Assembly (NCBI RefSeq): GCF_048593235.1 | Contig: NC_133618.1 | Coordinates: forward strand, 577,982,889-578,046,888 | From: Sminthopsis crassicaudata | Lineage: Eukaryota | DNA: 64,000 nucleotides | Direction: 5' to 3' | Shown here: piece after piece, positions 1 to 18,422 of the stretch | Position numbering within the stretch: the first letter of the stretch is position 1 | Layout of the letters: each line of letters begins with the position of its first letter | Program-made: the position numbers and the translations under genes | Notes under the pieces: generated by a model | Told to the model about the DNA's origin: nothing | Databases searched by the model: none | The model's input: the letters and a program-made list of their open reading frames with translations, nothing else

Positions 1-89
1 AGAAAAGTCTGAGATTGCATTAAGCAAATTAAATACTTGCATCTGCTGCGTAACTCCCCATTGTCCTTAGATAAAATTATAGAAACAGC

Positions 90-255
90 TCGAAAGATAA
101 CCTTAGAGACTACCCATTCCAATCCCTTGTATTATAAATGAGGGAACTGAGATTCAGAAAGGTTAAGGGTCCTGTCTTTGGTCACATAGCTAGCAAAGGT
201 TTAAGCAAGATTTGAACTCAAATCTTCCAAACTCCAAGTCTGGTTATCTGTCCAC
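90..255 (-). mobile_element. CORE-SINE (MIR/MAR-like) fragment in a GBF1 intron
   Basis: Reverse-orientation CORE motif 'aaatgagggaactgagattcagaaaggttaag...gtcacatagctag...atttgaactc'; boundaries approximate. Confidence 0.65.
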
Positions 256-535
256 TACATCATTTGGTTGCCACATATCAAGGAATGATACCAAATCTCC
301 TTCAGTCCCTCCAGTGATAACTCTTGTCAAAAGGAGCCTGAGTCTGTTACCTCATGGACAACAGTCAAGGTTATCTGGTCTGTGCTTTTGTCTTGTGGTA
401 GGACTAAGCTGAACCAGACAGAGGAGAATCCTTCCTTTTGTGGGAAATGAGCCCATATTGTCTGTTAGCATTTTCTTTCAACGTCTCCAACTGTATCCCC
501 ATCCCCATCCTTACTCTGCTCACATTCTGGCTCAG

Positions 536-3500
536 GTGCTCAATCAGACAGTGAACTCTCCTCCTACCACCCCAGTGACGTCAACTTGGACCGAGGCTAC
601 ACCTCGGATTCAGAGGTCTACACTGACCACAGTAGACCAGGAAAGATGCACCGCTCAGCTACCGATGCCGACGTGGTCAACAGTGGTTGGCTCGTGGTAA
701 GAAAGCAAGGGCATTGGGCTGTAGAACTCCCCATCCTGGTCTGGGTGGCTTCCTGGCTTTCTTGGGGCATGTGAAAGGGACAAGTAGAGCCAAGTCATGC
801 TCCTGAACTTTGGGCCAGGTACATCATCTAACTTGCTACCCACCTTCATATTCTGGACAGGTTGGAAAAGATGACATAGATAGCTCCAAGCCAGCCCCAG
901 GACCAAACCGGCTTGGCCCTTCTCCTCTGGTGAATCAGTACAGCCTTACTGTAGGGTTGGATCTGGGTCCTCATGACACAAAGTCCCTGCTCAAATGTGT
1001 GGAGTCACTATCTTTCATCGTGCGTGATGCTGCTCATATTACCCCAGACAATTTTGAGCTCTGTGTCAAGACTATCCGAATTTTTGTGGAGGCCAGTCTG
1101 AATGGCGGTAAGTGGGTGTAGAAAGTCAAAAAGGTAGCTGCCTGGAAAGGAGACAGAGGAGAGGGAAGGATTCCCATGAATAAGGAAATATGGCCTGGAT
1201 CTCCACAGGATGCAAATCTCAGGAAAAACGGAGTAAATGCCACAAATATGACAGCAAAGGGAACCGCTTCAAGAAAAAGTCAAAGGATGGCTCAGTGCTT
1301 CGTCGACCCCGGGCATCCAGCCAGCACACAGCTCGTGGCGGACACAGTGATGATGAAGACGATGAAGGAATACCTGCTAGCTACCACACGGTGTCTTTAC
1401 AGGTCAGTCAGGACGTAAGTATGGCACCATTTATTTCCTCTTCTCCCTGCGCCTGGCTGTTGGGGAATCCAGCCGGGGCCAGGGTAGGCAGGCTCAAGCT
1501 GGAAGGGGTACTTGGGGGGGCCTAAACAAAGGATTTGGATAGTGGCTTTGTCCTGGGAACAGGATGATTGATGGGGTATATGTTATTCTTGAGGGGACTG
1601 GGTCTGGGGCTGGAAGGTGAAATAGTCTGGGCTCCTTAGACCCTTGTCACAACTCCTTCTTTTGGGATCCCAGCTGCTGGATTTGATGCACACCTTGCAC
1701 ACACGGGCAGCAACTATTTACAGCTCATGGGCTGAGGAGCAGCGTCACTTGGAGACGGGGAGCAAGAAGATTGAAGCTGACTCCCGAACCCTCTGGGCTC
1801 ATTGCTGGTGTCCACTACTTCAGGGTAATTCCCAAGAATAATGAGTAGTGGAACTGAGGAAGTAGATTGGAATGACTGCAGTCACTGTGATCCTTCTCTC
1901 CTGCTCAGGTATTGCCTGGCTCTGCTGCGATGCTCGGCGTCAGGTCCGGATGCAGGCACTCACCTATCTGCAAAGGGCTCTATTGGTACATGACTTGCAG
2001 AAGCTAGATGCCCTGGAATGGGAGTCCTGTTTTAATAAGGTAATGGAATGGAGAAGAAAGCCTGAGCAGCTTGAGGCAGGGATAATTAATATTCATATTA
2101 TATTTTCATATGTATACAATTATATTAATCATCTATATTAATATTAATCTTATCCCCACCCTACCCCCATGATGTGTTTCCCTTCCTCTGCCTTCTCCCA
2201 GCCATTTTCCTGGCTCTTTTGGAGCCAAGCTTACCAATGACCTTACTGGGGGATGTGGGATGTGGGGTGATTGACCACCAGGTGCTGTTTCCTCTGCTGA
2301 CCAAGCTTTTGGAGAACATCAGTCCTGCAGATTTGGTTGGCATGGAAGAGACAAGGATGAGGGCTTCTACACTACTCTCCAAGGTATGATCATCTGCACC
2401 AGACCCTCTTCCCACACTTTTAGCTCTCTCTAAACAGCAGCTCCTGGCAGATAGGAAAGGCAGGGAAAACAGTATCCCCCAATGTCCTGTGGCAAAGTTT
2501 CTTTTGGGTTATGACATAGCAACATGTAACTGAATATGGGATGTCACAAAATTGGGATTTATTATCAGTAAATGTTTGATTTGTATATCTGTTTTATGTA
2601 TCTGTATTTTTGGGGTTGTGTAAAAATTTCTCAAGTGAAAAGGGAGTAGTAAGTGGGAAAAGTTTAAGAAGCTCTGTTCTATGGAACCTGTGGACCCAGA
2701 AGAATCCTGAGCCTCTGGGGAGTTACCCAAGTCAAAGGCCTATAAAGGAAACAGGCTAGACAATGATTCTTCAATCATCTAATAAGCCTTTGGTGGGCTA
2801 CAGGTATTCCTGCAGCACCTGTCCCCACTGCTGTCACTTCCAACCTTTGCTGCACTCTGGCTGACCATTCTGGATTTCATGGACAAGTATATGCATGCAG
2901 GTTCCAGTGACTTACTGGTAGGGTCCCTTACAGTTCTCCAAACTGTGCTCCCTCTCCATTAAACTTGCGAGCCTCCTTCCTGGCTTACCCTCAGTGTGGC
3001 CTCTTTACCTATTCTCCTTCCACCTCCCCCACTCCCAGGCCCAGTCACATTGCCTCTCCCCTGCTAGGCTGTAAATTCCCAACTCCCTCACACGTTTGGG
3101 AAGTGTTGTCCAGTTTCCTTATCTGAGGACGATTCTTCCTTGCCTCTCTCCCATGTATTCAATTTCACCACTTCCAACATTACTTCTCTCCCCTAGTTTG
3201 AGGCCATCCCTGAGTCCTTGAAGAACATGCTGCTAGTGATGGATACTGCAGAGATCTTCCACAATGCAGACACAAGGGGAAGTGGCTCCTCTGCCCTCTG
3301 GGAGATCACCTGGGAGCGTATTGACTGTTTCCTTCCCCATCTACGAGATGAACTCTTCAAGCAGACAGTCATCCCTGGTAAGGGACTTAGGGGAAGGCAT
3401 TCCTGTGCAGTTCTTTCTGGCTTCAGCATAAAGAACCCTAGAGTTCTCAGAGAGACTAGAAGTAGATTTGGATTCAGTACCATGGGTTAGTGGATGGCAC

Positions 3501-4703
3501 ACAAGCCATTGGGAAGAGACAAAACTATTCCTTTACAGAATGCTAAGAGAGACTATCTGAACTATCGTTTTCCTCAGACCCCCTGCCACCTGTGCCTACT
3601 GAATCACATTCCCAGAAGTCCTTGGCCTCTACCCATTTGGCTCCCGCTGCCAGTGACACAAGGATGCCCAGCCACATATATATACCAGAAATGCCCTCAG
3701 AGCCAGGGGCCTATGGTGAGTAGCCTTTTTCTGCACTTCTGAATGTTAAAGGTGAGGGAATAAGGAGAAGAGAATAAGCATTTATTAAGCACCTACTATG
3801 TGTCAGGCACTGTACTAAGTACTTTACAAATATTCAGATTTAACCCTCATATCTTACAAGGTAGATAATATTATTTCCCATTTTACATTTGAGGAAACTG
3901 AGGGAGACGGAGATTAAGTGACTTGCCTAGAATTAGTATCTGGAGCTGGATTTGAAATCTGGTCTTTTGGACTCTGAGCCCAGCATTCTACCTATTTCAC
4001 CACCCAGCTGCCCCAGGGAACCAGAACACCATATGCTGCATCAGCCAAGAGACAGCCAGGGTACAACTATCCTGAAGTATTAGTGAGGGAAGGGTCCATA
4101 GTCAGAAAGTACTGCTGACCTTCAGAGATCATGAGGAATGGGAGGACTTGGGGAACCACTAGCAAAACATGAAGACTATAATTTGGGCTTTTCTTTTTTA
4201 ATTGGTCTAGAACTGAAGGTGAAAGAGTAGGGATTAAGCCTAGGTATAAAATGAACTGCCCGGTTGGTTAGACGTAGGAAGAGATGATTGAAGGAGATTG
4301 TTGAATGTTCAAAACATTCTCCCTTGTGCGGGCGGTGGCAAGGCTACCTGGTCCAGGTGCAGGGAAGGAAAGTTTGAGGGGCGGGCCAGAAGTGGGATCT
4401 GAATATTGCTACCTTTTCCCTACAGACCCCGAGAAGCCCGATGTGTCTGGAGTAACCTCCAGTAGTTCTGGTTCTTCTGCAGTTTTGACACCCAGCAAGT
4501 TGAGTCCCAGCACAGAGGGGCCTGCACCCTTGGCCCAACCCCCCCTGATCCTGCAGCCCCTGGCCTCCCCACTGCAGGTGGGCGTGCCACCCATGACATT
4601 GCCGATCATTCTAAATCCAGCCCTAATTGAGGCTACTTCACCTGTGCCTCTGCTAACTGCCCCTCGCCCCACTGACTCTATGCCCACTTCGGAAGTCAAC
4701 TAA
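536..4703 (+). CDS. GBF1: Golgi brefeldin A-resistant ARF GEF 1, last 10 coding exons (partial gene, about 569 C-terminal aa)
   Basis: Exons 536-696, 861-1107, 1209-1414, 1674-1824, 1909-2039, 2282-2383, 2804-2917, 3197-3377, 3578-3715, 4426-4703; all GT-AG, phases consistent. Peptides recognised as GBF1: DRGYTSDSEVYTDH, HDTKSLLKCVESLSFIVRDAAHITPDNFELCV, CCDARRQVRMQALTYLQRALL, MEETRMRASTLLSK, LWEITWERIDCFLPHLRDELFK, C-terminus PTSEVN*. Confidence 0.98.
2497..2676. mobile_element. hAT-type MITE (marsupial URR1-like), in GBF1 intron
   Basis: Shares 'ttatcagtaaatgtttg', 'gtaaaaatttc' and the terminus 'aagtttaagaagc(t/c)ctg' with the copy at 51391-51578; left end approximate. Confidence 0.6.
3773..3995 (-). 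mobile_element. MIR/MAR-type CORE-SINE with L2-like tail
   Basis: 'gcatttattaagcacctactatgtgtcaggcactg...ttttacatttgaggaaactgag...gtgacttgcc...ggatttgaa'. Confidence 0.75.
4132..4191 (+). repeat. Dispersed 60-bp repeat, copy 1 (GBF1 last intron)
   Basis: 53/60 ungapped identity to 6394-6453 by manual alignment. Confidence 0.85.
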
Positions 4704-5323
4704 GACAGGTGTTTGAAGACTGGGCCTCTCTCTCCCACCACACCACTGAGGGCTTCTCCCCCCCTCCCTCTTCTGGTTGCACACTATGTTGATGCCGCCC
4801 TGGGCCTAGCCCAGCTGCTGCTGCTGCTCTCGTCAGAGCCAAATTGGGAGATTGCCGAAGGGAATGAGGGCAGTGCTCTCTAGAGACGTCATCCAGAGAG
4901 AAGGGACTAGACTTCTGCTCATTATTTGTGGGAGGCCTTGCTGAGAGCTGAGAAATCAAACTTGGGGCTCAGCTAGCTCTGTCTCCTAGGAGTCCTGGGC
5001 TGACCCTGAGGGAAAGATTTCTGGGCATCAGTGCCAACCAGCCCTGCCCATGTTGCTTCTTGGCATTAGAAGGGCCCCTTCTTTGCCCTTATCCTGCGGT
5101 CCTAGCTCTGAGAGCTATACTCCAACCACATTGCACTTTGCTTCCCTTTCCTCAGACCTCTCCTCCCCCTATCAGCCCTGAGCTACCTCCTCCAATTCTC
5201 CTTTATCAAGAGAGTTAGCTTAATCTGGGGAGTCGATTAGAGCCAGGGGACAGAGGTAACAAGGGGAATTGCCTACAGGAGCATGTACATATGAAGAAGT
5301 TAACAATTGACTTTTTACAATGT

Positions 5324-5338
5324 AATAAATATAATAAA
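5324..5338 (+). terminator. GBF1: GBF1 polyadenylation signals (two AATAAA)
   Basis: AATAAA at 5324-5329 and 5333-5338, about 620 nt after the stop codon. Confidence 0.75.
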
Positions 5339-6393
5339 ACCCACATGCCAGCCTCCCTTTCCCATCTATTTTACCTTCTCCCCTTCCTAACACTTCCTTT
5401 TCTGAGCTTGTGGTTTAATAGAGAAGAGACTAGTCCTAATACACAGGATTCTTGGGGTGAGGGGGAGAAGAGAAGAAATAAAAGGGGATACGGCTGCATT
5501 GTGGTCCTACACTTTGGAAGGAGTTGGATTCAAGGACAGGTCGTCCTTGTTGCACCAGTCACATTGCCCAATCACTCTCCTGCCTAGAGGAGGGATCACT
5601 AAGGGCAACTGCACAATTTAAAACTCATGACAGGGCTGGAACAGAGTTCATGAAGAACTGTAGCTCCCAGATGTAGCTCACCAGTCTTCTTGCTCTAAGG
5701 AGAAATAAGACGATGAACTGAAATTGGGACTTCTGTTGCACAAGCATTATCAGGTAGAACTAGACCTTAATCTTGCAATCTACCATCACTAGGGATCCAA
5801 AAGCTTAAGTCTAAGAACTAAGTCATAGCATCATAAAATGTCAAGTATGAAGCATTAGGGCCCATGTCCTCCCTGCCTCCTCAGAATTGCCTCCTGGGAA
5901 GGCCCAGAAAGCTTTCTTGACTTGCCAGTCCTATGACTCCCAACTTGTCTCCTTGCAGAGGAAACAGGGTCAGATGGTATACAGATAAATATTCCTGAAG
6001 ACTTCCCTCAGCCCTCCAAGTTCTAGCCTCATGCCTATGGGGCTTGGGTTTCCCATTGTCATACCCACTAGGATAGATTATGGGCTCTCTTCTAAATTGC
6101 CAAGATCTGTTCCTGGTCCTCCTCTGTCAGCGATTCCAGGAGGGGAGAGAGAAGGATCTCTGGGGTTACCTCTACATTCTTGTTCATTTGTGCCATTCTC
6201 AAGGAGCACAGAACTCAACAGCCCTCTCTAGGAAACCATATGCCTCAGTTACACCTGTACTGTCCTGGGGACACCACCTCTCTCTGATTGCTACTTCTAA
6301 GGAGCAGCAACTCTGAATGCCCAGAAAATTCTCCTCTGACAGGGTGTTAATGAGGGGAAGGGGCCAGAAAATGCTGCCAACCCTCGGTACCTG

Positions 6394-6453
6394 TGAGGAA
6401 TGGGAGGGCTTGGGGAAGCACCGACAAAACATGGGGACTATAATTTGGGCTTT
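6394..6453 (+). repeat. Dispersed 60-bp repeat, copy 2 (GBF1-NFKB2 intergenic)
   Basis: 53/60 identity to 4132-4191. Confidence 0.85.
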
Positions 6454-6699
6454 AAATAAAAGTATCAGGGAAGAGCTAGAATAGAGTATTGCCTAGGAAA
6501 GTTGTATCTATACTTATCCAGGGCTCCTCCTTTGGCCTTAAGGATCCTCTGACCAGAGATACTTTAATCAGCCATAGGGGGAGAAAACAAGGACTTAGGC
6601 TATGTAGGGAGAAACATGGAGTTACCTTAAGGAGATGGTGATAAAAATCTTAGAATTCAAGTTCTAAGAAGCTCAACAAGAACAGGGAACTAATGAGTA

Positions 6700-7290
6700 G
6701 AACCAAGAGATCACACAGCAACAAGAAGATTATCCAATGATCAATTCTGATGGACATGGCTCTCTTCAACACTGAGATGATTCAGCCCAGTTCCAATGAT
6801 CTTATGATGAAGAGTTATCTACATCCAGAGAGAGGACTGTGGGGACTGAGGATGGTTCACAACTTAGCATTTTCTTTTTTTTTCTTTTTCTAGATTTTTT
6901 TTTTTTGGAATTTTTTTTCACAGTATATATGTATGAGTAATTTTTTTTAATAATATTATCCCTTGTATTCATTTTTCCAAATTATCCCCCCCTCCCTCCA
7001 TTCCCTCCCCTCGATGACAGGCAATCCCATACATTTTACATGTGTTACAGTAAAACCTAGATACAATATATGTGTGTAAATACCATTTTCTTGTTGCACA
7101 TTAAGTATTAGATTCCGGAGGTATAAGTAACCTGGGTAGATAGACAGTAGTGCTAACAATTTACATTCACTTCCCAGTGTTCCATCTCTGGGTGTAGTTA
7201 TTTCTGTCCATCATTGATCAACTGGAAGTGAGTTGGATCTTCTTTAACAACATAGCATTTTCACTCTTTTAAAGAAAAATTTAAAAATAG
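6700..7290 (+). mobile_element. Older L1 3' UTR fragment, interrupted by a younger L1
   Basis: 'gatcaattctgatggacatggctctcttcaac...gagagaggactgtggggactgag...caacttagcattttc' resumes after 7246 as 'caacatagcattttcactctttt', typical of a marsupial L1 3' end. Confidence 0.7.
6875..7246 (-). mobile_element. Young 5'-truncated L1 3' end nested in an older L1
   Basis: Reverse complement closely matches the L1 3' UTR at about 58720-59040; T-rich tail from 6875; 16-bp target-site duplication with one mismatch (6859-6874, 7247-7262). Confidence 0.85.
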
Positions 7291-7329
7291 GGATCCAAGT
7301 TGTAGAATTTAGCTGTTTTCTTGCCTGGC

Positions 7330-8140
7330 ATTCAGTCAATGAACATTAAATGCTTACTATATGCCAGGCCCTCTGGTTAAGATAGATAAAAAACACTTAG
7401 CTCTTACCTAAAAGAAGTCACATTCTAATGGGGGAGACAACATGCAAACAGATACATGTATATGATGATAAAACTGTAAATAGTAGATGGGATTTTAGCT
7501 GGAGAGCAGTCCAGGTACTGGAAACAGTGCAAAAGGCTAAACCCAGATGGAGAATTATCATGTATGAGGAATATCAAGTGGGCTGGTGTTGCTGGATCCG
7601 AGGGAATGGAGGGGAAAAAAGGGTAAAAAGATGGGGAAAGAAGTAGCAAGACTGTGAAGGGCTCTCAATGCCAAACAGATTTTATTTTGATCCAGCAAAT
7701 TGGATCATGGAATTCATGGGACCAGAGGGAGGAGCATGGTCAAACCTACTTTAGGAAAATCACTTTGGCAATTGACTAGAGGATGGATGGAAAAGTCAGG
7801 TGGACTGGTTATAAGGCTATATCAATATTCCAAGCAAGAGATGATAAAGATGTAGTTACAAGGAAAGGACACATGGGAAATGAATACAAGTGAGCACAAA
7901 TGGAGGAATGATACAGGTGTCAAGTCAGGGTGACTGAAAGGATGGCGGTGTCATAGTAACCCATCTGGGGAGAGGCGGTTTGAGACAAGTTGTTAGAAGT
8001 ACTTATTGGACATTCAATTCGGGATGTCCAAAAGCCAGTGGGGGGTACAACTGGAGCTCGGGAGAAAGACTAGGTATAATCATCTGTACAGAGATGACAG
8101 TTAAATCCATAGGAACTGAGATCACAAAGCAATATGGCTT
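7330..8140 (-). mobile_element. Degraded L2 LINE 3' region
   Basis: L2 tail 'ttcagtcaatgaacattaaatgcttactatatgccagg' and L2-like 'catctgtacagagatgacagttaaatccatagg'. Confidence 0.6.
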
Positions 8141-8573
8141 AGCAAGAAGGGCAGCCTTACGGCATGCTCACGATTGGTGCAATGACCTGCATGAAGAGCC
8201 AGAAAAAAGAGACAAATACCGGAGGAGGACGGATCTGTGTCCTCCCTGCTCCGGCCCAAACCGGCTTTCTGTGTGGCCACTGCTCCTTTCATCCTTGGCT
8301 GGCAAATAGCAAAGATCAAAGCCTAGAGGATATGGGTGATATCCCGACGTTTTGTGGACTGTAATTTTACTTACAATATCGTCCCGTGAGAAGGGCACTT
8401 TCGGCGCGATTCCTATTTAAAAGATTAGGTCATGGGGGGTCAGTATTGGGGGTCATTTAAACTCGGGTCTTCCTCACTCCAACCGTCCAGTAAGCGGGAC
8501 GGTTGGTCCGGCTTTTTCCTCTCTCGGACCGCGGTTATCCACAGCCCCTGGATATTTCCCCCAACAATGAAGC

Positions 8574-8726
8574 TTTTTTTTTTTCTTTTTTTTTTTTTTT
8601 CTGAGGCAACTGGGGTAAGTGACTTGCTCAGGTCGTAGAGCCAGGAAGCGTTAGGAGAGACCACTTTGTACTCAGGCCTTCCTGACCAGGGCTGGTGCTC
8701 CATCCATTGCGCCCCCTAGCTGCCCC
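8574..8726 (-). mobile_element. WSINE1-type tRNA-derived SINE, full length
   Basis: Minus strand reads GGGGCAGCTAGGGGGCGCAATGGATGGAGCACCAGCCC...GAGCAAGTCACTTACCCCAGTTGCCTCAG plus A tail; possible short TSD gaagc (8569-8573, 8727-8731). Confidence 0.85.
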
Positions 8727-9435
8727 GAAGCATTTCTTAAGGCCTATTACACACGCTAGAGGAGGGGGCCCGAAGATAAGAACGAAACAGTGCTGGGCCT
8801 CCTCCAGAAGTTTACGGTATTGCGCCTGGAGGGGCGGGAGGGGGGGATGGCGGGGAGAACGAGGCTGTGCATAGCCTTGAACGAGTCACACAAGAGATGG
8901 AAACTTCATTCGAACGTTTATTCCGAGGATCCCCGTAACCCGCGTCCTCCACGGAAACCACGCCCGGGCTAGGTGCGGCCCGGACCTCGCGGACGCGATC
9001 TGGTCGGAGCCCAGCCAACGAAGCAAACCAGGCTCGCAGCCTTAATCCCGCTCCCCGACGGGTGATCCGGGACTGCGGTGGAACTCACTTCTCCGCTCTC
9101 AGGTTCCTCCGAGCCCAGGGGCTCCCCAAGAGGGGGAGGGGACCAATCGGAATCCCCGGGGGCGAGGAGGGCCGTGGCTCCCTCCCACTGCTCGGGGCTG
9201 GCCGCCTCGGCTCAGGCCCCCGACAGCAGCGGGCGCGAGGACTCTACCTCCACCCCAAGGCCCACCTTCCCGGATCCCGCCACGGGGAAGAGAGGGTACT
9301 TTTCCTGGCGGGGAAGCGAAGATAAAACCGGAGGGGGCGGTGCTCTACACTCAGTCCTCATTGGCTGCGCCTGCCGAAGACTAAAACTTTAGGCCAATGA
9401 AAAAGAGGTCGTGGCGTGACGTACAGTGACGTTAT

Positions 9436-9471
9436 GGGAATTCCCCGGGGAGGGGGAAAAGGGGCTTTCCC
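9436..9471 (+). promoter_or_regulatory. NFKB2: Two kB sites in the NFKB2 upstream promoter
   Basis: GGGAATTCCC (9436-9445) and GGGGCTTTCC (9461-9470); NFKB2 is a known NF-kB-inducible gene. Confidence 0.8.
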
Positions 9472-9479
9472 GGTTGGGG

Positions 9480-9636
9480 CCGCGGGTGGCCGAGTGGCTC
9501 TGGGATCGGAAGACTGGCGAAGGCAGAACTAGCCGGTAGCGGAGCCGGAACCGGAGCCGGAGCCGGAGCCGGAGCTGCAGCCGCGAGTGAGTGGCCGGGA
9601 TCGTGCACCTGGGCTCCCTCAGTCCTCAGAGCGCAG
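9480..9636 (+). other. NFKB2: Probable non-coding first exon of NFKB2 (upstream promoter)
   Basis: Follows the CCAAT/CRE/kB cluster and ends at donor GCAG|GTAGAG (9637); start approximate. A second candidate first-exon donor GAG|GTGAGC lies at 10288/10289. Confidence 0.55.
9540..9575 (+). repeat. (CGGAGC)6 hexamer repeat
   Basis: Six units, one substitution, in the putative NFKB2 5' UTR exon. Confidence 0.9.
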
Positions 9637-10098
9637 GTAGAGGGGCGGGGTCGGGACCCCCACTTAGCACTGAGAGTAAAGAACACCGATCCACACGTGG
9701 GCACGATCACGCGCACACACACACCGCGACACGTTTCCGCGCAGATTCAAGGACTGTTAGAGCTGCGGGGGGTCACGGTCCTAGGCCCGCGGGCGACGTC
9801 GGGCGTGCCCGAATATGCGCGGACACGGGCACGAGCGTGCACAGTCGTGCCGTCGTGCACACGCACTCGCTGACACAACCCTGTAACTTTAGCACGATCG
9901 CGGACACACGCATGCAGACGTGCAAACAGTTCTGGGACAGCGGCACGGAAGGGAGCATCCCTGTGCCGAGGGGAGCCGGGCCCCCGGGTGGTGGGAGCAC
10001 TGCTGCCCCCTCCCTCAAGCTGCCCGAGTCCACAGGAAGAGCGGGGGCTCTGCATCCCTAGGGGCCCAGAGCAGCGGGAGTGAGGCCTCCCCACCGGA

Positions 10099-10598
10099 GG
10101 AATCCCCCTAAAAGCCCCGAAGCTGAATCAGCTCCCCCTCCCTCCCGAGCGCTAACTGGTGGCCTGCGGAAAATCCCAGGGGAGCCCCGGCCGTGGGAGG
10201 GGAAGGGAAGGAGGGCAGGTTTGAGTAGCCGGGGGGGAGGGCAGGCGGGAATCTCTCCGCTCCCTAGTAGCACCCCTGGCGCGGAGAGGTGAGCTCGGAC
10301 CCGGGCCCGCGGGCCCCTCCCTCCTCGGAGAGCCTCCGCCCGCTCCCGCCCCAGACCCTCCCCGGCGATCGGCCCCCAGACTGGGCTCGGGAAGCCGTGT
10401 CCGGCGGGGGGGCGCGGGCTCCAGACCCCACAGCTCCCACGAAGCCAGGCTCGGGTCTGGGGCGGGGAAGAGAAAGCAGCGAGGGGCGGCCGCCGGACCT
10501 CCCGACCGGGCCCGCCCTCCCCGGGCTGGGCGAGCGCGTCATTTCCAGGCCCGCCCCCTCCGTGGCCCCTCCTCTCTCTGGTATTTTCGGGACTTTCC
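10099..10598. promoter_or_regulatory. NFKB2: kB-site cluster of the NFKB2 downstream promoter
   Basis: GGAATCCCCC 10099-10108, GGAAAATCCC 10168-10177, GGGAATCTCT 10247-10256, canonical GGGACTTTCC 10589-10598. Confidence 0.7.
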
Positions 10599-10815
10599 TA
10601 AGAGCTCTAACTTTCCTGCCCTCCCAGCCCCCGCCTGCCCACAGCTCCGGGCTCTCCCCGTCCCGGCCTGGCAGGAGGAGGGACCCTCTGCCCCCACCCT
10701 CAGGCTCCTGGCTGCTCCCCCAGACCTGGCCGAGGGGCCCCTCCGCACCCCAGCGCAGGTGGGAGCCTCTGCGGGACGGCGGCGGCAGAGGCTGGACAGA
10801 GCCCCGCTCTAAAAC

Positions 10816-18121
<7,306 letters not shown>

Positions 18122-18240
18122 CACCAACTTTGCCCACAGTATGGGCCCCGTGCCTGCCTCTGGAGGTGCCCGCTGTACAGATACCCCCACCTGTGCCCGT
18201 GCCCTTATTTAATGCCCTGATTGGTCCTTTGGTTCTGGTG

Positions 18241-18246
18241 AATAAA
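18241..18246 (+). terminator. NFKB2: NFKB2 polyadenylation signal
   Basis: AATAAA 120 nt after the stop, followed by GT-rich sequence. Confidence 0.85.
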
Positions 18247-18416
18247 GGTATGTGGGGGCTGGGGACCCAACCACCCCACTCTATGACGTAGACTCTACTC
18301 ATCTGTTCTCATCCCCATCCTGTGGATCCTGTGGCATATCTGTACCAGCTCCACGGAGGCAGTGCCATATGGACCCAGGAAAGAGTCAGGATGTAGCCAG
18401 GGGCTCCAGAGCAGGT

Positions 18417-18422
18417 TTTAAT
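18417..18422 (-). terminator. PSD: Probable PSD polyadenylation signal (ATTAAA)
   Basis: TTTAAT on + strand about 870 nt beyond the PSD stop; a second ATTAAA on the - strand lies at 18208-18213. Confidence 0.6.

Noticed and set aside
4131-4218. C/D-box snoRNA candidate in the GBF1 last intron (ATGAGGA...CTGA)
   Set aside because: No terminal stem, imperfect C box, and the paralogous copy at 6394 is intergenic and lacks the D box.
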